Part shown: in pieces, positions 50,955-64,000 of the stretch | Numbering within the stretch: position 1 is the first letter of the stretch | How the letters are laid out: each line of letters starts with the position of its first letter | Assembly (NCBI GenBank): GCA_012295275.1 | Contig: CM022671.1 | Span: forward strand, 10,230,001 to 10,294,000 | Source: Chrysomallon squamiferum | Lineage: Eukaryota; Animalia; Mollusca | Length of the DNA: 64,000 nt | Direction: 5' to 3' | Notes under the pieces: model-generated | The model's input: the letters and a program-made list of their open reading frames with translations, nothing else | Databases searched by the model: none | What the model was told of the DNA's origin: nothing | Made by a program: the position numbers and the translations under genes

Positions 50955-53520
50955 TGTAGACAATAAAGACAACAGATACTAACAGAAAAAAGAAAAAAGA
51001 ACACTAAAAAACACACTCCTCCACCAGAAAAAAGAAAGGAAAAGCCTGAATTCCATACTATTATCAGCTGTGTGTAAACAAAAAAACAACAATCAAATAC
51101 TAAAACACAAACAAACAAACAAATAAACAAAAATAAAACCCCAAAATGTAACAAAAAGCTTGAATCAGATACTGTAATCCAGTGTGGACTATAAAAAATA
51201 ACAATTATATACTGAAAAAAACAACAAAGAAAAACAACCACCTGAATCAGATACTATTATCCACTGTTTAGGCAATAAGAAACAACAGTAAGATACTAAA
51301 ATAAATAAATAAAAATAAGAAAAAAAAAAAAAAAACAGAATGAAAAAATGAATAAAAAGCAAATGCCAAAAGACTATATCAGATACTATTATTATGATAT
51401 CTTGACAATAACACAAAAACAAAACCAAACAAAATAAATATATAAAAATGAAACACAAAAAAAACACCAAAACACACTGGCCTGAATCAGATACTGTAAT
51501 CCAATAAAGAAAAAAGTAAGTGAGATCTTTTTATCCAGTATTTAGATATTACAACAAAAGAATGTGAATCAGATACTGTCAGTGTGTTGGATACACTGTG
51601 AAACTAACATGAATCACTCACTGTTATAGTGTTTGTAGATAGTCTAACAAAGTAGGTGAAAGTTACATAAATCAGATACTGTGTCAGTGTGTTGGATACA
51701 GTGTGAAACTAACATGAATCACTCACTGTTATAGTGTTTGTAGATAGTCTAACAAAGTAGGTAAAAGTTACATAAATCAGATACTGTGTCAGTGTGTTGG
51801 ATACACTGTGAAACTAACATAAATCAGATACTGTGTCAGTGTGTTAGATACACTGTGAAACTAACATGAATCACTCACCTCTATAGTGTTTGTAGATAGT
51901 CTAACAAAGTAGCTGAAAGTTATTGAATATATAAATAATATTTACATACGTATTAGTTTCTGCCTCATTTTCATACTTATACACAACTGTACATAAATCA
52001 GATACTGCTACTAACTAAACAACCCCATCATTGTTATCCAGTGTATAGATATTCCAAGAAAAGAACCAAAATTGCATACAGTGTGTGGCTACTGATACCA
52101 AGTGGGCAGATAATGCAGCAAAGAAACAGTTAGTTTTTGAGTTCATACACAACCCAACAAATACACCCTGATACTATTAACATCTAGTTACATCATAAGA
52201 CATTCAAGATGAGTCATTTAATTAAAAACCTATTTATTATAATGTTTGATTTTTCTACATGTACAAAAGAATTAAGAAAAAATTAAATGAGTTACGCATT
52301 TTTATTTCATTAATAGTTATTACATATATTTCATCTGACAATATAACTGGCTCTAGCTTATAGATAATTTAATAAAACGCAAAGCACATACTGATATCCA
52401 GTCTGTAAATAACTGATAAAAGAATCTGAATGATATAATGTTATCACATATGTAGGTATAATCAAACAATCAAAATAAATCAGATACTACTATGAAGTAT
52501 AAAGCATTTTATAAAATAAACCAAATCATACACTGTTACCCATAATGCAGAACCAAAAAAAAAAAAAAAATAATAATAATTCCTAAATGAGATAATTATC
52601 TAGTGTGTAGGTACAGCTACAAGAGAACCTGAATCAGATACTGTAATCCAGTGAGTTGACAATAAAACAAAGAAACAGCAAACAAACAAATAAAAAAAAA
52701 ATTAAACAAACAAACAAATAAAACAAACACAAATCACATACTATTATCCAATATATAGGCAATAAAGAAACAATAATCAGATACTAAAAGCAAGCCAAAA
52801 AAAAAATAAATAATAATAATAATAATAAAATCAAAACAAAAAAAACCTAGGAAAAAAACAACAAAATAAAAAAATCAAATAAAAAGACATATTATAAAAA
52901 AAAAGATCCAAATATCACAAAATAACAACAATCAGATACTAAAAGCAAATGAACCCCAAAAAAAAAAAAAAAAAAAAAAAAACACAGAAAAAACAAGAAT
53001 AGAATAAAATAAAAAAATAAAGAAAATTGTAAACCCTCCAAACGAGTTGAATGCTGTAATCCAGTGTGTAGACAAATTAAATAAAAAAATAAAATAAAAT
53101 AATAAAAGCAAACCCATAACACCTAACAAACTGCCTTAATCAGATACTAAAGGGGGAGGGGGAAATAATTTTAAAAATTATAAAAGCAAACCATCCCCCG
53201 GAAAAATAACAAACAGCTGGAATCACCTAATGTTATCAATGTATCAGATATAAAAAGGGAAAATAAAAAAAAGAAAAAAGAAAGAAAAAAACTAAATATA
53301 TAACAAAAAGCCTGAATCAGATACTGTAATCCAGTGTGTAGATAATCCCAGCAAAAAACCAAGATAAGATTCTGTTAACTAGCTGAAGATAATAAGACAA
53401 TTAGTCTGAATCAGATACTATTACAGTTTGTGTTGACAAAACAAAACAATTACATAATAAATCACATAATAATATCAAGAGTATGGAATGTACAATCTAA
53501 ATTAGGTATTGCTATGTAGA
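50955..53520 (+). repeat. CCTGAATCAGATAC-family array with a young higher-order tandem at ~51565-51920
   Basis: Consensus-like core at 53311-53346; near-identical ~105-bp two-unit repeats. Confidence 0.88.
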
Positions 53521-56019
53521 AAAAAGCATGCAAGACTGAGTCCACTTCACTACATGCAACACATAACAGAGAGGGTACAATCTTCCAGTCATACTGGTTT
53601 CTTCTCACTGCAATTGTATAATGAATTGATTTAAAAATTATATATAAAATCAGTGTTTTCAATATATCCAGAATTTAAAAGATAATTTTGACACAGTTCT
53701 TAGAAAACTTTGTGTCAATTATTTTTACATGAACACAATTTCTTGACTGAATATTACTACAACACTAGCTATTTCCTATGTTACCTTTGTTTAAACAATT
53801 TAATTAATGTTCCAGATATTTAACATTATGAATGACAGACTTAAAAGAGAGGATTAACTAAAGATGTTGCAGATATAAAATGCATTGTAAACACAATTTA
53901 TTTGTATTGAATAGTTTTCTTTTTGTGCCCAGTAATCGGTTTTCAATTACTTTCTGGTGATGTATTTTCTCTTGTGATGTCGTGCTTTTCTCTGTTGGAG
54001 GGCTGTTTTCCACTACTAATTTTCCTCTCTAGGAATGACTTTTTTTCCAGTAATAGTTTGTCCGTTCTCTTTTTGGCATGCTTTTTTCCGATACTTGTTG
54101 TTCTGTTTTTTTCTTTAATGTCTTTTCCCTGATACTTGTATTGCTGTGACACTTATTTCCATTGATTGGTTTACTGCGGTGTTTCTTGCGTGTGGTTTAC
54201 CTCAGAGGTTGGCTGCTCTGTTCCTGACTTGTGTTTTCACTGGCAGCTATTCCTGGTATGTGTGTTCTCTTATGGGTATAGTGTTGTATTCCTGGTATGG
54301 GTGTTCTCTTATGGGTATAGTGTTGTATTCCTGGTATATGTGTTCTCTTATAGGTATAGTGTTGTGTTCCTGGTATCTGTATTGAATGGTGGTTGTAGTG
54401 TTGTGGTCCTAACTGTTCTGAGTAGTGACTGTTGTGTTACCTTCTTCTGAGTAGTGTTGTGTTGCTCTCGTGTACTGAGTGGAGCCTGCACTGCGTAATC
54501 TTGACATGTGGTGGCTGTTTCCCAAAGATAAATGAAAATAAATAAATAAATAAAGAAAACAACTTCAAGTTCAGTAATAATGTTGGAATACACTGACGTT
54601 AATAAACCTTAATAAAAGTATTCATTACTATAATATACCCCCACCGTAACACTTCTGTACAGCTACCATCTACAGTGACTGACTACATAAACTAACATTA
54701 ATTGTGTTAAGTGAAAATTGTTCAAGTCAGAGGTAACCATTTAAAAGAAAAAGTACTTGCAGTAAACATCAGTTTTGAGCATAGGCCCATTTAATCCAAT
54801 GGAAAAACCATTCCTGGTAAGATGTAGTCCAACACTTCTTCTCTTGGATACTAATTATAACTGAAGAGAGAGACACAGAGAAAAAACAAAGAGAGAAATA
54901 AAAAAATATAATAAAAAATAAAAGTTAAACAAATATATGTAAGAAAAAGAAATAAAACATTTATTATATACACTCATTAAAAATACTACTAATACTACTC
55001 CTACAACTACTACTACTACTACTAATGATAATAATAATGATGATGATGATGACAATGACAATTAATAATATTAATAATACTTCTATTACTAGCTCTATTT
55101 TTGTTATTTCTTTTGTTGATGTTCCTTTTGTTCTTTTTATTATCATTATCACCATGTAGTAGTTGCAGTAGTAGTAGTAGTAGTAGTAGTTCTGATAATA
55201 ATTACAACGATGTTGAAAATGACAAGTAAATGAATAAATCTTACAGTGTTGGACTTGAGCCAGTAGACAAGTTTATGCTCACTGGGAGAGTGGTGGTAGA
55301 AAATCCACTGGAATAACTTAACCTGGACAGTGGGGTGATTTTCTTCTCATGTTTGTGTCACACACCACACAGTTCAGATCCCCCATAGCTAATCCAGTAA
55401 AAATATTCAACTTGAGAAATTATGTACCTGATGTTCAGCATAAAAATATGACATAAAGTAATAAAAATCAACTTATGGGGTGAGGTTATTTCAAGGGATG
55501 AGGAGAGGATATTACATAAGGAACAACTAGTTAATGTATTAAGTGATCAGTTTTATTCTGTCAAGGTGAGAAATCCTCCAGCAAGGCTAGCTGATCTTCC
55601 TCTATAACTGAAGTTTTTTTTATGGAACATAGTGATAATTTATGACAAAACAGTGGATGGTTCACTCATTAAAAATGTGCACTGGGTAAAAGGCCCCATT
55701 ACAAGAGACTACACTGTTTTAATATCACAAATATACAAATTTGATTCCTCTGTGCATAAATTATATTTTACAAATATTACAACAAGGGTCTTTAAGTTTA
55801 TTATAAATACATCTCAAATTAAAATCACTTAATAAAAAAATAAAATTAAGAAAAGATTAAAAATATATTACTAAATGTTTCTTATACTCTTGCAAAAAAT
55901 ACAGCAGTTAAATATTTTAATCATTTGTTTCAAACATTAATAGCTAAATAAGTAACACGTTTTGGAAATATACAAGGTGTCTGCATTAAACCTTAAATAA
56001 AAAGATAAAATAAATAAAA

Positions 56020-56050
<31 letters not shown>

Positions 56051-56269
56051 TTAAGAAAGATGCACACACACTCATTTATATATTTTTTATTTCACCACAG
56101 AATATACAGTATAAAATGCAGTGCAACTAAAACATGCTAACATAACAAAATAAAGTGGTAAATTAAGGTTTTGAAATACACAAGTCTCCAAATTAATTGT
56201 AAAAAGAAAAATTATTGTGAATATGTTCTATACATTCATAGTAGTAAACATTTGTTATATAAATACAAA

Positions 56270-57330
56270 GTATATTTTATGATAACAAACATACAAGAGT
56301 ACATAATGTTAAAATAAAATAGAGAAATAAATAAAATCTTTGAATATTTTTGCATATTCTATGCTTAAGTAGTTAAGAGATATTTTCATTTATACAAATA
56401 TTCCATTTTTGTTCTAATTTAATTGTTCCATTATTTATCTTACAAATATATTTATCTGTATAATAATACATGTTCAGAATATTTTGAAACTAGTTAAAGT
56501 TAATTGTTGGTATTTGCATTTTGATTAATACATGTAGTGCTTGGCAATTGAAACTACTAAACTGATAATATTATCTATTTCAGAATAATTTGGATTGCCT
56601 AAAATAACTGTTTGTGCATTTATATGAATTGTCACTTTCGTTCTCAAAAATATCCAGTAACAGTGTTCCAGAATGTCTGAACATGTTTACATAACAAAAC
56701 ATATGTGCATTAAATCTTCACGAAACATATGACAAAATTCACATTTATCTGAATCTTTTATACCATATAATACCAAATACTTATTTACTGTTAAGATAAA
56801 TAACAAGATCTTATACTGAAAATATCTAAGCCCTGTGTCTACAGTTAGCTTGAACAGATGAAGATACATACTTTTCCACTGTTTACCTCAGAACTCTATA
56901 CCAAAAATATGATCTCATTCTATTTTCACATTTATTTTATGTCTTGAGGTAGTTTCTATTATACAATCATTGCCAGCTGGCATTAGCAAACAGATCTTTT
57001 CAAAATAAAATTCCTTTATTTTCCCATGTCGCATAATAAAAAACATTTATCATCAGTTTTAATATGTGAGTTATACCTAATTGGGAGACTAAGTATTTTA
57101 GTCTTGTCAGAAATTCTGTTGACTGTCATGGTAATATAATACATCTTTTGAGTTTTCATTTTCTTTTCAGTCCATTATTATTAGTTTCTCATGTGGTGAT
57201 TTTGTAGAAAATTAGGGATATTGATCTTTTTTCTTATATTAATGCCATACTTCTATTTCTATTAAAGAATAACATATAAATATCAGGAAAGTTAAATGTG
57301 AATATCAAACTTAATATTGCAATGAACATT
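56270..57330 (-). mobile_element. L1/Tx1 LINE 3' fragment, copy 2
   Basis: ORF 56687-56869 YFQYKIL..CEFCHMFREDLMH; duplicate of 20430-21480. Confidence 0.8.
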
Positions 57331-58539
57331 TTTATAAACAAACTGAATGAACTGAAATGAGTATCAGCAGCTTAGAAATAACATAAAAGCAAAATAAAAT
57401 AAAATAAAAAACAATAAACAAAACTAATATAAATAAATAAATAAATAATTTCTCTGCTGATTAACTTAATGAGTAAAAATAAATTATGTTGTGGAGTTGT
57501 ATGTTTATATCACATTATTCAGCTAAGGTTAGAAACCAAAAACTCTAAACCAGGAGCTTTAAAATAAATTTAAAAAACCCCAATTATTAACAACAATTTA
57601 CTCAGATAATTCATTATGAATACAGTTGTTTTCATTTTCTATTAAATTTTAAGCACTAATCCTTACATTAATCATTAACACATTAAATGCTAAGACACTA
57701 ATACTTCCATTAGACAGGTTTATGTCTAAATTTTAATGTAAATTTCAATAATAGTAATAATAATAATAAAATTAAAAATAATAATAATAATAATAAAGAA
57801 TAAAAAAAAAAATTTCATCAGCATCTAAACTGAAACATTACATGTAACAACAGAACAATGACAGTTATAAGACATTATTGACTTAAAATTCTAAGAAACA
57901 AGCAAATCTGCTGTACTGAAATAAGCTTGTTAATGTGACATCACTTACAACAGAGTTTTTCTCTGTCAAATTACAGTAACTGATGTTCAGCAGAGAAAGC
58001 TTGTCTGGATACATCTGCTGACGAAGAATCTTTTTTTAAACATCATTGACAACTTTCTGAAACATAAATAGATTAAAAAAAATAAAAACATATAAAGCCT
58101 TTTAAAATTAGCTCTCTTAAAAAATTGGCAGCATTTATTTATTTACTTTTTATAAAATAAACTTTTTGAATTAACTTTCAAATTACCACTGCCCTGATTT
58201 CGGTTTAATACACTAATTTACATTATATATAAAAGAGATAGGTAAAGTCTTGGGTTAATTATAAGTTATAATAGCACACAAATATGGACAAAGATGTACA
58301 TATACACACACAGTACAAATGCACTGACACATTCAGAAACAGGGATCTCGTAAATGCTTTCACACATCCATACACACAGACATTTATTTAGATACGTATC
58401 TACATGGATACACTCAGAAACACAATTAATGCCCAGACAAAAAACACTAGAAATGATAACATACATATGTATTTATTTACGCAACTATGTACAAGTGAGA
58501 CCTTTCATTATATACAGTTATTTACTTTTATTGCTGGAT

Positions 58540-60760
58540 AAAAAACCTGGCCATAGCTGAAAACTAATAACCCAGGTTCCCCTGGAGACACACTGACTGC
58601 CCTCTTGGCTTGTCAGTGCCAACCTGGTATACATGGTTGGTGTTTATACCACTTCTGGTCTTTTAATCAGATAGTGGACAAGACTCAAAGTTCCCAATTT
58701 GTAATTGCCCTAATTAAACCAGCCCCTCCCATGTAAAAGTCATAGGTGGGGCATAACTTGTCTTCATCCCCAAAGATCAAGTCTATCTAACCTTACCTGC
58801 CCCCTTGATAATTCTTAGGTGAGCTGAATCACTCCCTTTCAGCCCCAAAGATCAAGTATATCTAACCGTACCTGCCCCCTTGATAATTCTTAGGTGGACT
58901 GAATCACTCCCTTTCATCCACAAAGGTAGAGTAGATACCTCTCATACATGCCAGTGAATCCTTTGGTAATAACATGCTCCCCTACAGTTCTGTAGGTGGA
59001 ACCTAACCCTGGGCCAGATGAACCTTAGCTCTATTGCTGTCACCCGTGGGTTCCGCCTTCAGTCTGAGTCTACATCCGTTCCATCCATCCACTTACCTCA
59101 TGGAAACACCTTGCCCCACCCAAAACAACACTTCCATTGCTTTCTGCATTCCTTCCAGGTACAATGCATTTCCCTTGAATGACACGTGCACCGTGTCAGT
59201 CCTGAACAAACTGAGATCTCCCACTCGCACTGCCGGGTGCCCAGTGACTGCTCCTCCCTCTGTAAGGACCCCTGATTTTGCTGTGCAGTTAACTTTGTTT
59301 TGGGCCTTGTCTGCCTGCTTTGGGTGTTTAGTCCCATGCCAGCAGACCTGAGGCAGCATATTTAATCATATGATCCTCACAGAAGGGAGCAGTGCTGTCA
59401 GTCGCAGGACTGAGCAAGTGATGTTCTGAATCAGCTCCCTGGATTTCATCGTTACCATGTCATTCAAACCCAGCTGCACAATGACAGCATTAGATGGGGG
59501 TTGGTGTTTCAACTTTTCTGAAATGAAACTGTCCAGCTGTTAGTTTACCGTTTTACCTCGATATCTGCCTCTGCAAACCTAGGTTGCCTCCACATGGACC
59601 TGCCCAGTGGACAATAGAAGATCCAATTATCCACACTTCATGCTCCCTACAATCAGCAATTTTATTATTTTAATATGACATAAAGTTACATTATTCATTT
59701 GTGCCAACTACTTATTCCACTAATGTATGTTTTTGATGTGGTTGGGCTAATTGCTGTAATGACAGGAATGCAATGAAGTGGACTAAGTGATCCACAGGCA
59801 CTGGTCATAATGGAGGCAATCCAAATTATGGTAAGTTCTCCATGTCTAATTTGTCATTGAATTATTTAGCGATTTATCTGCCTCTGTTGTCAAAATTGAC
59901 ACATGCAGTGATATCTCAGTGGCATTCCATGCTGCTTCTGGCACCAGCTTCCAAAACTTTCCCCCTGACAACTAGAAATTATGTCTGCTGTGTAATTCTG
60001 TCTCCCTGGAATGTATTTGGCCTTTATCAGAATATTCTGTTTTAAAGTTATTAAAACAAGTTTCCTCAATAATGACATTACTATGGGGCATTTGATGTTG
60101 TCTTATTGACTACAATCATTACTGCCTCACTGTCAATGTGAAACACCACCTTCTTGTTATTGAGTCCTTTCCCCCAAATAGTTAAAACAACTAAGGCAGC
60201 AAATAATTCAAGAAAGGTGATGTTTCTCAACAAACCAGAACTGCACCAGTCCTGAGGCCAGGACCCATATGCCCAGTTCCATAGGAAAAAGACCCTGAAT
60301 CCCCTTTCCACCAATCCTGAACTATCAGTATAAAATTCCAAGGAGTTACTGCTGGTCCAGAACATGTCGGGCATGGCTGTAATCCCATTGTAGTGGTCTA
60401 GAAAATCTAACCACATGTTCAAGTCTGCCTTCATACTTTGTGTAACCTGGATATTGTAATGTTGCTTAGTAACTCCTCTTGTTGCATCAGTTATCCATCT
60501 ACTAAAAGCCCAGCCTGGTTGAACTACTTAGCAGGCAAAATTGAGGGACCCAGTTTTTAAAGTAGCCTTTCTTTTCAGGAGAGTAATCTATGAGCTGATT
60601 TGTTCAGAGGCAGGCCCAACACCGAGAAAAATGAGAACTATGCTGGGACCCACAGTTTTATCTTCTGCAGTGGGAATTCCCAACTTGCAAGATATTGTCT
60701 GAAAACTTCCCATTATCTTGGTACTGGCAGCCTAGCTGATCTAATTGGTCAAACTTAAAT
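58540..60760 (-). mobile_element. Ngaro-type DIRS retrotransposon remnant, copy 2 (retains SGNH C-terminus and 3' end)
   Basis: RNase H ORF 60081-60434; SGNH block V LFRTDTVHVSFKGNALYL in ORF 59093-59359; GC-richer 3' non-coding tail; left boundary approximate. Confidence 0.88.
58763..58925. repeat. 75-bp direct tandem repeat in the Ngaro 3' region
   Basis: CCCCAAAGATCAAGT..CTGAATCACTCCCTTTCA at 58768 and 58843. Confidence 0.9.
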
Positions 60761-62139
60761 TTTCAGATTTTCTCCATTTTCCTCCACTCCCAAATCCCTT
60801 CTAATAAACATACCATAAAAGACAAATATATGGAAATAAAGATCATCATTTAAATGGTGTTGTTGTTTTTATTGTGTGTTAAACCAGACCTTTTAAAACA
60901 GACAGAAAAAAAGAGAGTAAAAAGACCCAGATATTTCTAATAGTGAAAAATGTATTTTTAAAATGATTCTGTTAATTAACTTGGTTATTTAGCAGTTGAA
61001 AGACTGTTTTTCATTAATTTGTATTAAATATACCTCTCCCTCCATTACTCCTTTTGAAAGATGCTCTGCATAATCATAGGCCACAGCTTGTTTAGATGTC
61101 CCACTACTTTACAAAATAAAAAAATAAATAAATAAATAAAACATAACCACTTACATAGCATTTTATGATGATCATGTAAAACTTTATAAACACTTTACCA
61201 TATAGAAGGAAATGATGAACCTATAATAGGATTAGAACTTAAAATGGATGTCAGTGTGAAATTCATAAATGAACTAATGATATTAATGAAAGAACAAATA
61301 AAGACATTTATGAAAGAATAATGGTATTCATGAATGAAATAAAATTATTTCTTTGAAAGATTATATTCACAATTTTCATGAATACTTACCTAATTCCACT
61401 ATGATGTTGTTTTACTCTGATTGATTCCTCTGCAGAAAAAAACAAATAAATAAAATTGATCATTAAACGCAACAAAAATGTATTTAATTATAATATGTTT
61501 TGTAATCAAAAGACATTTTGAATTAATTAAATATTTAACAAATACAAACAATTTATATTTCAAATTATGTTATAATTTTAGTTAGTTTTGTTTTATTATT
61601 AAAATACTGTCTTTTGTAAAAGCACATGAAATGTAATTACAACAAAATATTTAAGAAACAAAAATATATTTTATTTATGGGTGTATATTTTCCACTTAAA
61701 AGATATATTTAATTAATCTGACGTTTCGTATCAAACAAATCTAGATTCTTTTGATGGTCATGCACAAATAAAGTACGCTAAAAATAAAGCTAATTCAAAA
61801 TGTCTAAATGTTTTCATCATCTGATGTTAGATTTTTTTTTCAGCTTAGCTTAAACGTTAAACATGGAATATTAACTTACTAAGTACCTGTATGTTGTATG
61901 TGCTGTTATCTGTGTCTTCCAGCTTAGCCAAAACATCCATCTGCATCACTACCTGAAATATATAATTACAGAGGTGATGTTAAAAGATAATCTTGCAGAG
62001 TCCAAGCCAAAAGGAAACAAAACATACAAAAACATACAAACTTGTTTTTATAATACTACACCATATTTATAATACTACACCATATCTGTGGAGAAAAAGA
62101 CAGTTCAAAATAAACTGATACTGTTATCACACACACACA

Positions 62140-62268
<129 letters not shown>

Positions 62269-62859
62269 CATAAAAAGGAAGTATGTAAACAAAAAATGAT
62301 TAATATAGAAAATATAAAAATAAAGTAAAATTCACAAGGAAGAAAGAACATTAAAAGCTAAAGAAAACACTGATGGAATGAAGGAAATGATTTTAAAAAG
62401 AATGTTCAAGTGAACATGGTGACCAGAATATTGAAGCACTATAGGTTACGGTTCTTGATGTTTCATTTACAATTATATTTTTAACATACTGATTAATTTT
62501 ATGTTTTATATAAACTTAAACAAATTCGTATATGTACAGAATTTAAAGTGTTTTTATATGTGTGCATCTTTGTATATGTTTGTATGTATATATGTATGGA
62601 GTCAAAAAGGGTGAGTTTGAGTTGGCATAAATATGTATACCCTGGTAAACTTCAGAATATGCTTTTGAAATGATACAGCTTTAATAAATTAATAGAAAAT
62701 CAGAACACAACGTTTAAAGAATTACTAAGTGTAATTTTATAAGTTTCCTAAAGATGTCTAAGAAAGATAAATTTCTGTTAATAAAATTCAGAATTAAAAT
62801 GAAAACTGAATTATTATCTCATATAACATATATGTTAAGATATTTTGTATATTTTTAAA

Positions 62860-62864
<5 letters not shown>

Positions 62865-62951
<87 letters not shown>
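62865..62951. repeat. (CT)n microsatellite
   Basis: Direct reading. Confidence 0.97.
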
Positions 62952-62953
<2 letters not shown>

Positions 62954-63319
62954 GCACACTTTTATATTTTTATTATAGTATGGTTTGAATAAAATACAAT
63001 AATATTTCAGGATAAAGCTATCCCAGGAAGACCCTGACAGTTCCCCATTAGATCACAATGTTATAACCTGACTTTCTCAAAATAACAACACTAGAATTTT
63101 ATAAATGTTTATCAGTTTAGTGGCAGGTGAATATTTAAAAAAAGTAATTACAGTTTCAGAGAGAAGGTGATTATGAATATACAATAATATGTGCATGTTA
63201 TTAATGGTGTATCTACTCTACAAGTAATATGAGTTGTTTGTGTGTGAAACAGTAAAGTGCATTTTAACATAATAATGTGTGTAATCATTTATTTATTTAA
63301 AAAAATAAACAATAAAATA

Positions 63320-63682
63320 CAGGTTGACATTCAAAAATCTGGCCATCGAAAATCCAGTTCCTTCATATTTCTGGCATGGATTTTTGAGTGCATTTTCAAA
63401 TTTACCGTTTTGGCGCATCACTGTTTTCTGGAGGCGCCATTTAAGTTTTGATGGCACTGTACTCCAGAATCAGCAGCTTGCACCTGCTAACAGGCATTCC
63501 TGCTCATTCCTCTCATTTTATCATTTATTTGCTGCAGGTAGTAATTTTCTGTTAAACCATAACAACTCGTCAAAATAAACACTAGAATTTTATAAATATT
63601 TATCAGTTTAGTGGAATATTTGAATATTTAAAAAAAGTAATTACAGTTTCAGGTCCAGAGGTTTGCTGGATTTTTGAATGTC

Positions 63683-63686
<4 letters not shown>
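63320..63686. mobile_element. Probable ~365-bp MITE
   Basis: Inverted repeat GACATTCAAAAATCTGGC (63326) vs GCTGGATTTTTGAATGTC (63665-63682); left end starts CAGG; internal ~75 bp also present at ~63088-63158; TSD not resolvable. Confidence 0.55.

Positions 63687-64000
<314 letters not shown>

Larger units (their letters stand above)
53943..61952 (-). pseudogene. Decayed multi-exon gene, copy 2 (FN3-like exon deleted)
   Basis: Exon-like pieces 61887-61952, 61390-61429, ~57976-58056, ~55245-55450 and terminal repeat exon; 39-bp repeat at 54248-54376 has 3 full units. Confidence 0.45.

Overview
AT-rich metazoan (probably invertebrate, mollusc-like) nuclear DNA made of two contigs joined by a 200-N gap at 27037-27236. 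Most ORF-track entries are low-complexity noise. Real content: (1) eleven minus-strand exons of HID1, cut off by the gap, and the six 3' exons of the DEAD-box helicase DDX47/Rrp3; both keep near-native peptides but carry many 1-nt indels (noisy consensus or a young pseudogene). (2) A plus-strand EGF + C-type-lectin-like gene fragment at 43.7-45.5 kb. (3) A ~13.5 kb duplicated block (12087-25742 vs 49202-62598) whose second copy begins at the left terminus of a TIR DNA transposon. The block carries a decayed multi-exon gene with a 39-bp/13-aa Tyr repeat, an L1/Tx1 3' fragment and an Ngaro-type DIRS element (RT/RH, YR remnant, SGNH hydrolase). (4) An unusual same-strand repeat family with a conserved ~36-40 bp core (CCTGAATCAGATACTGTAATCCAGTGTGTAGACAAT), present as compact ~48-bp units and as cores separated by variable A-rich spacers, into which two different CAG..CTG TIR elements have inserted at nearly the same position. 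No rRNA, tRNA or true CRISPR was found. All identifications come from reading the sequence and recalled family motifs; no database search was run.
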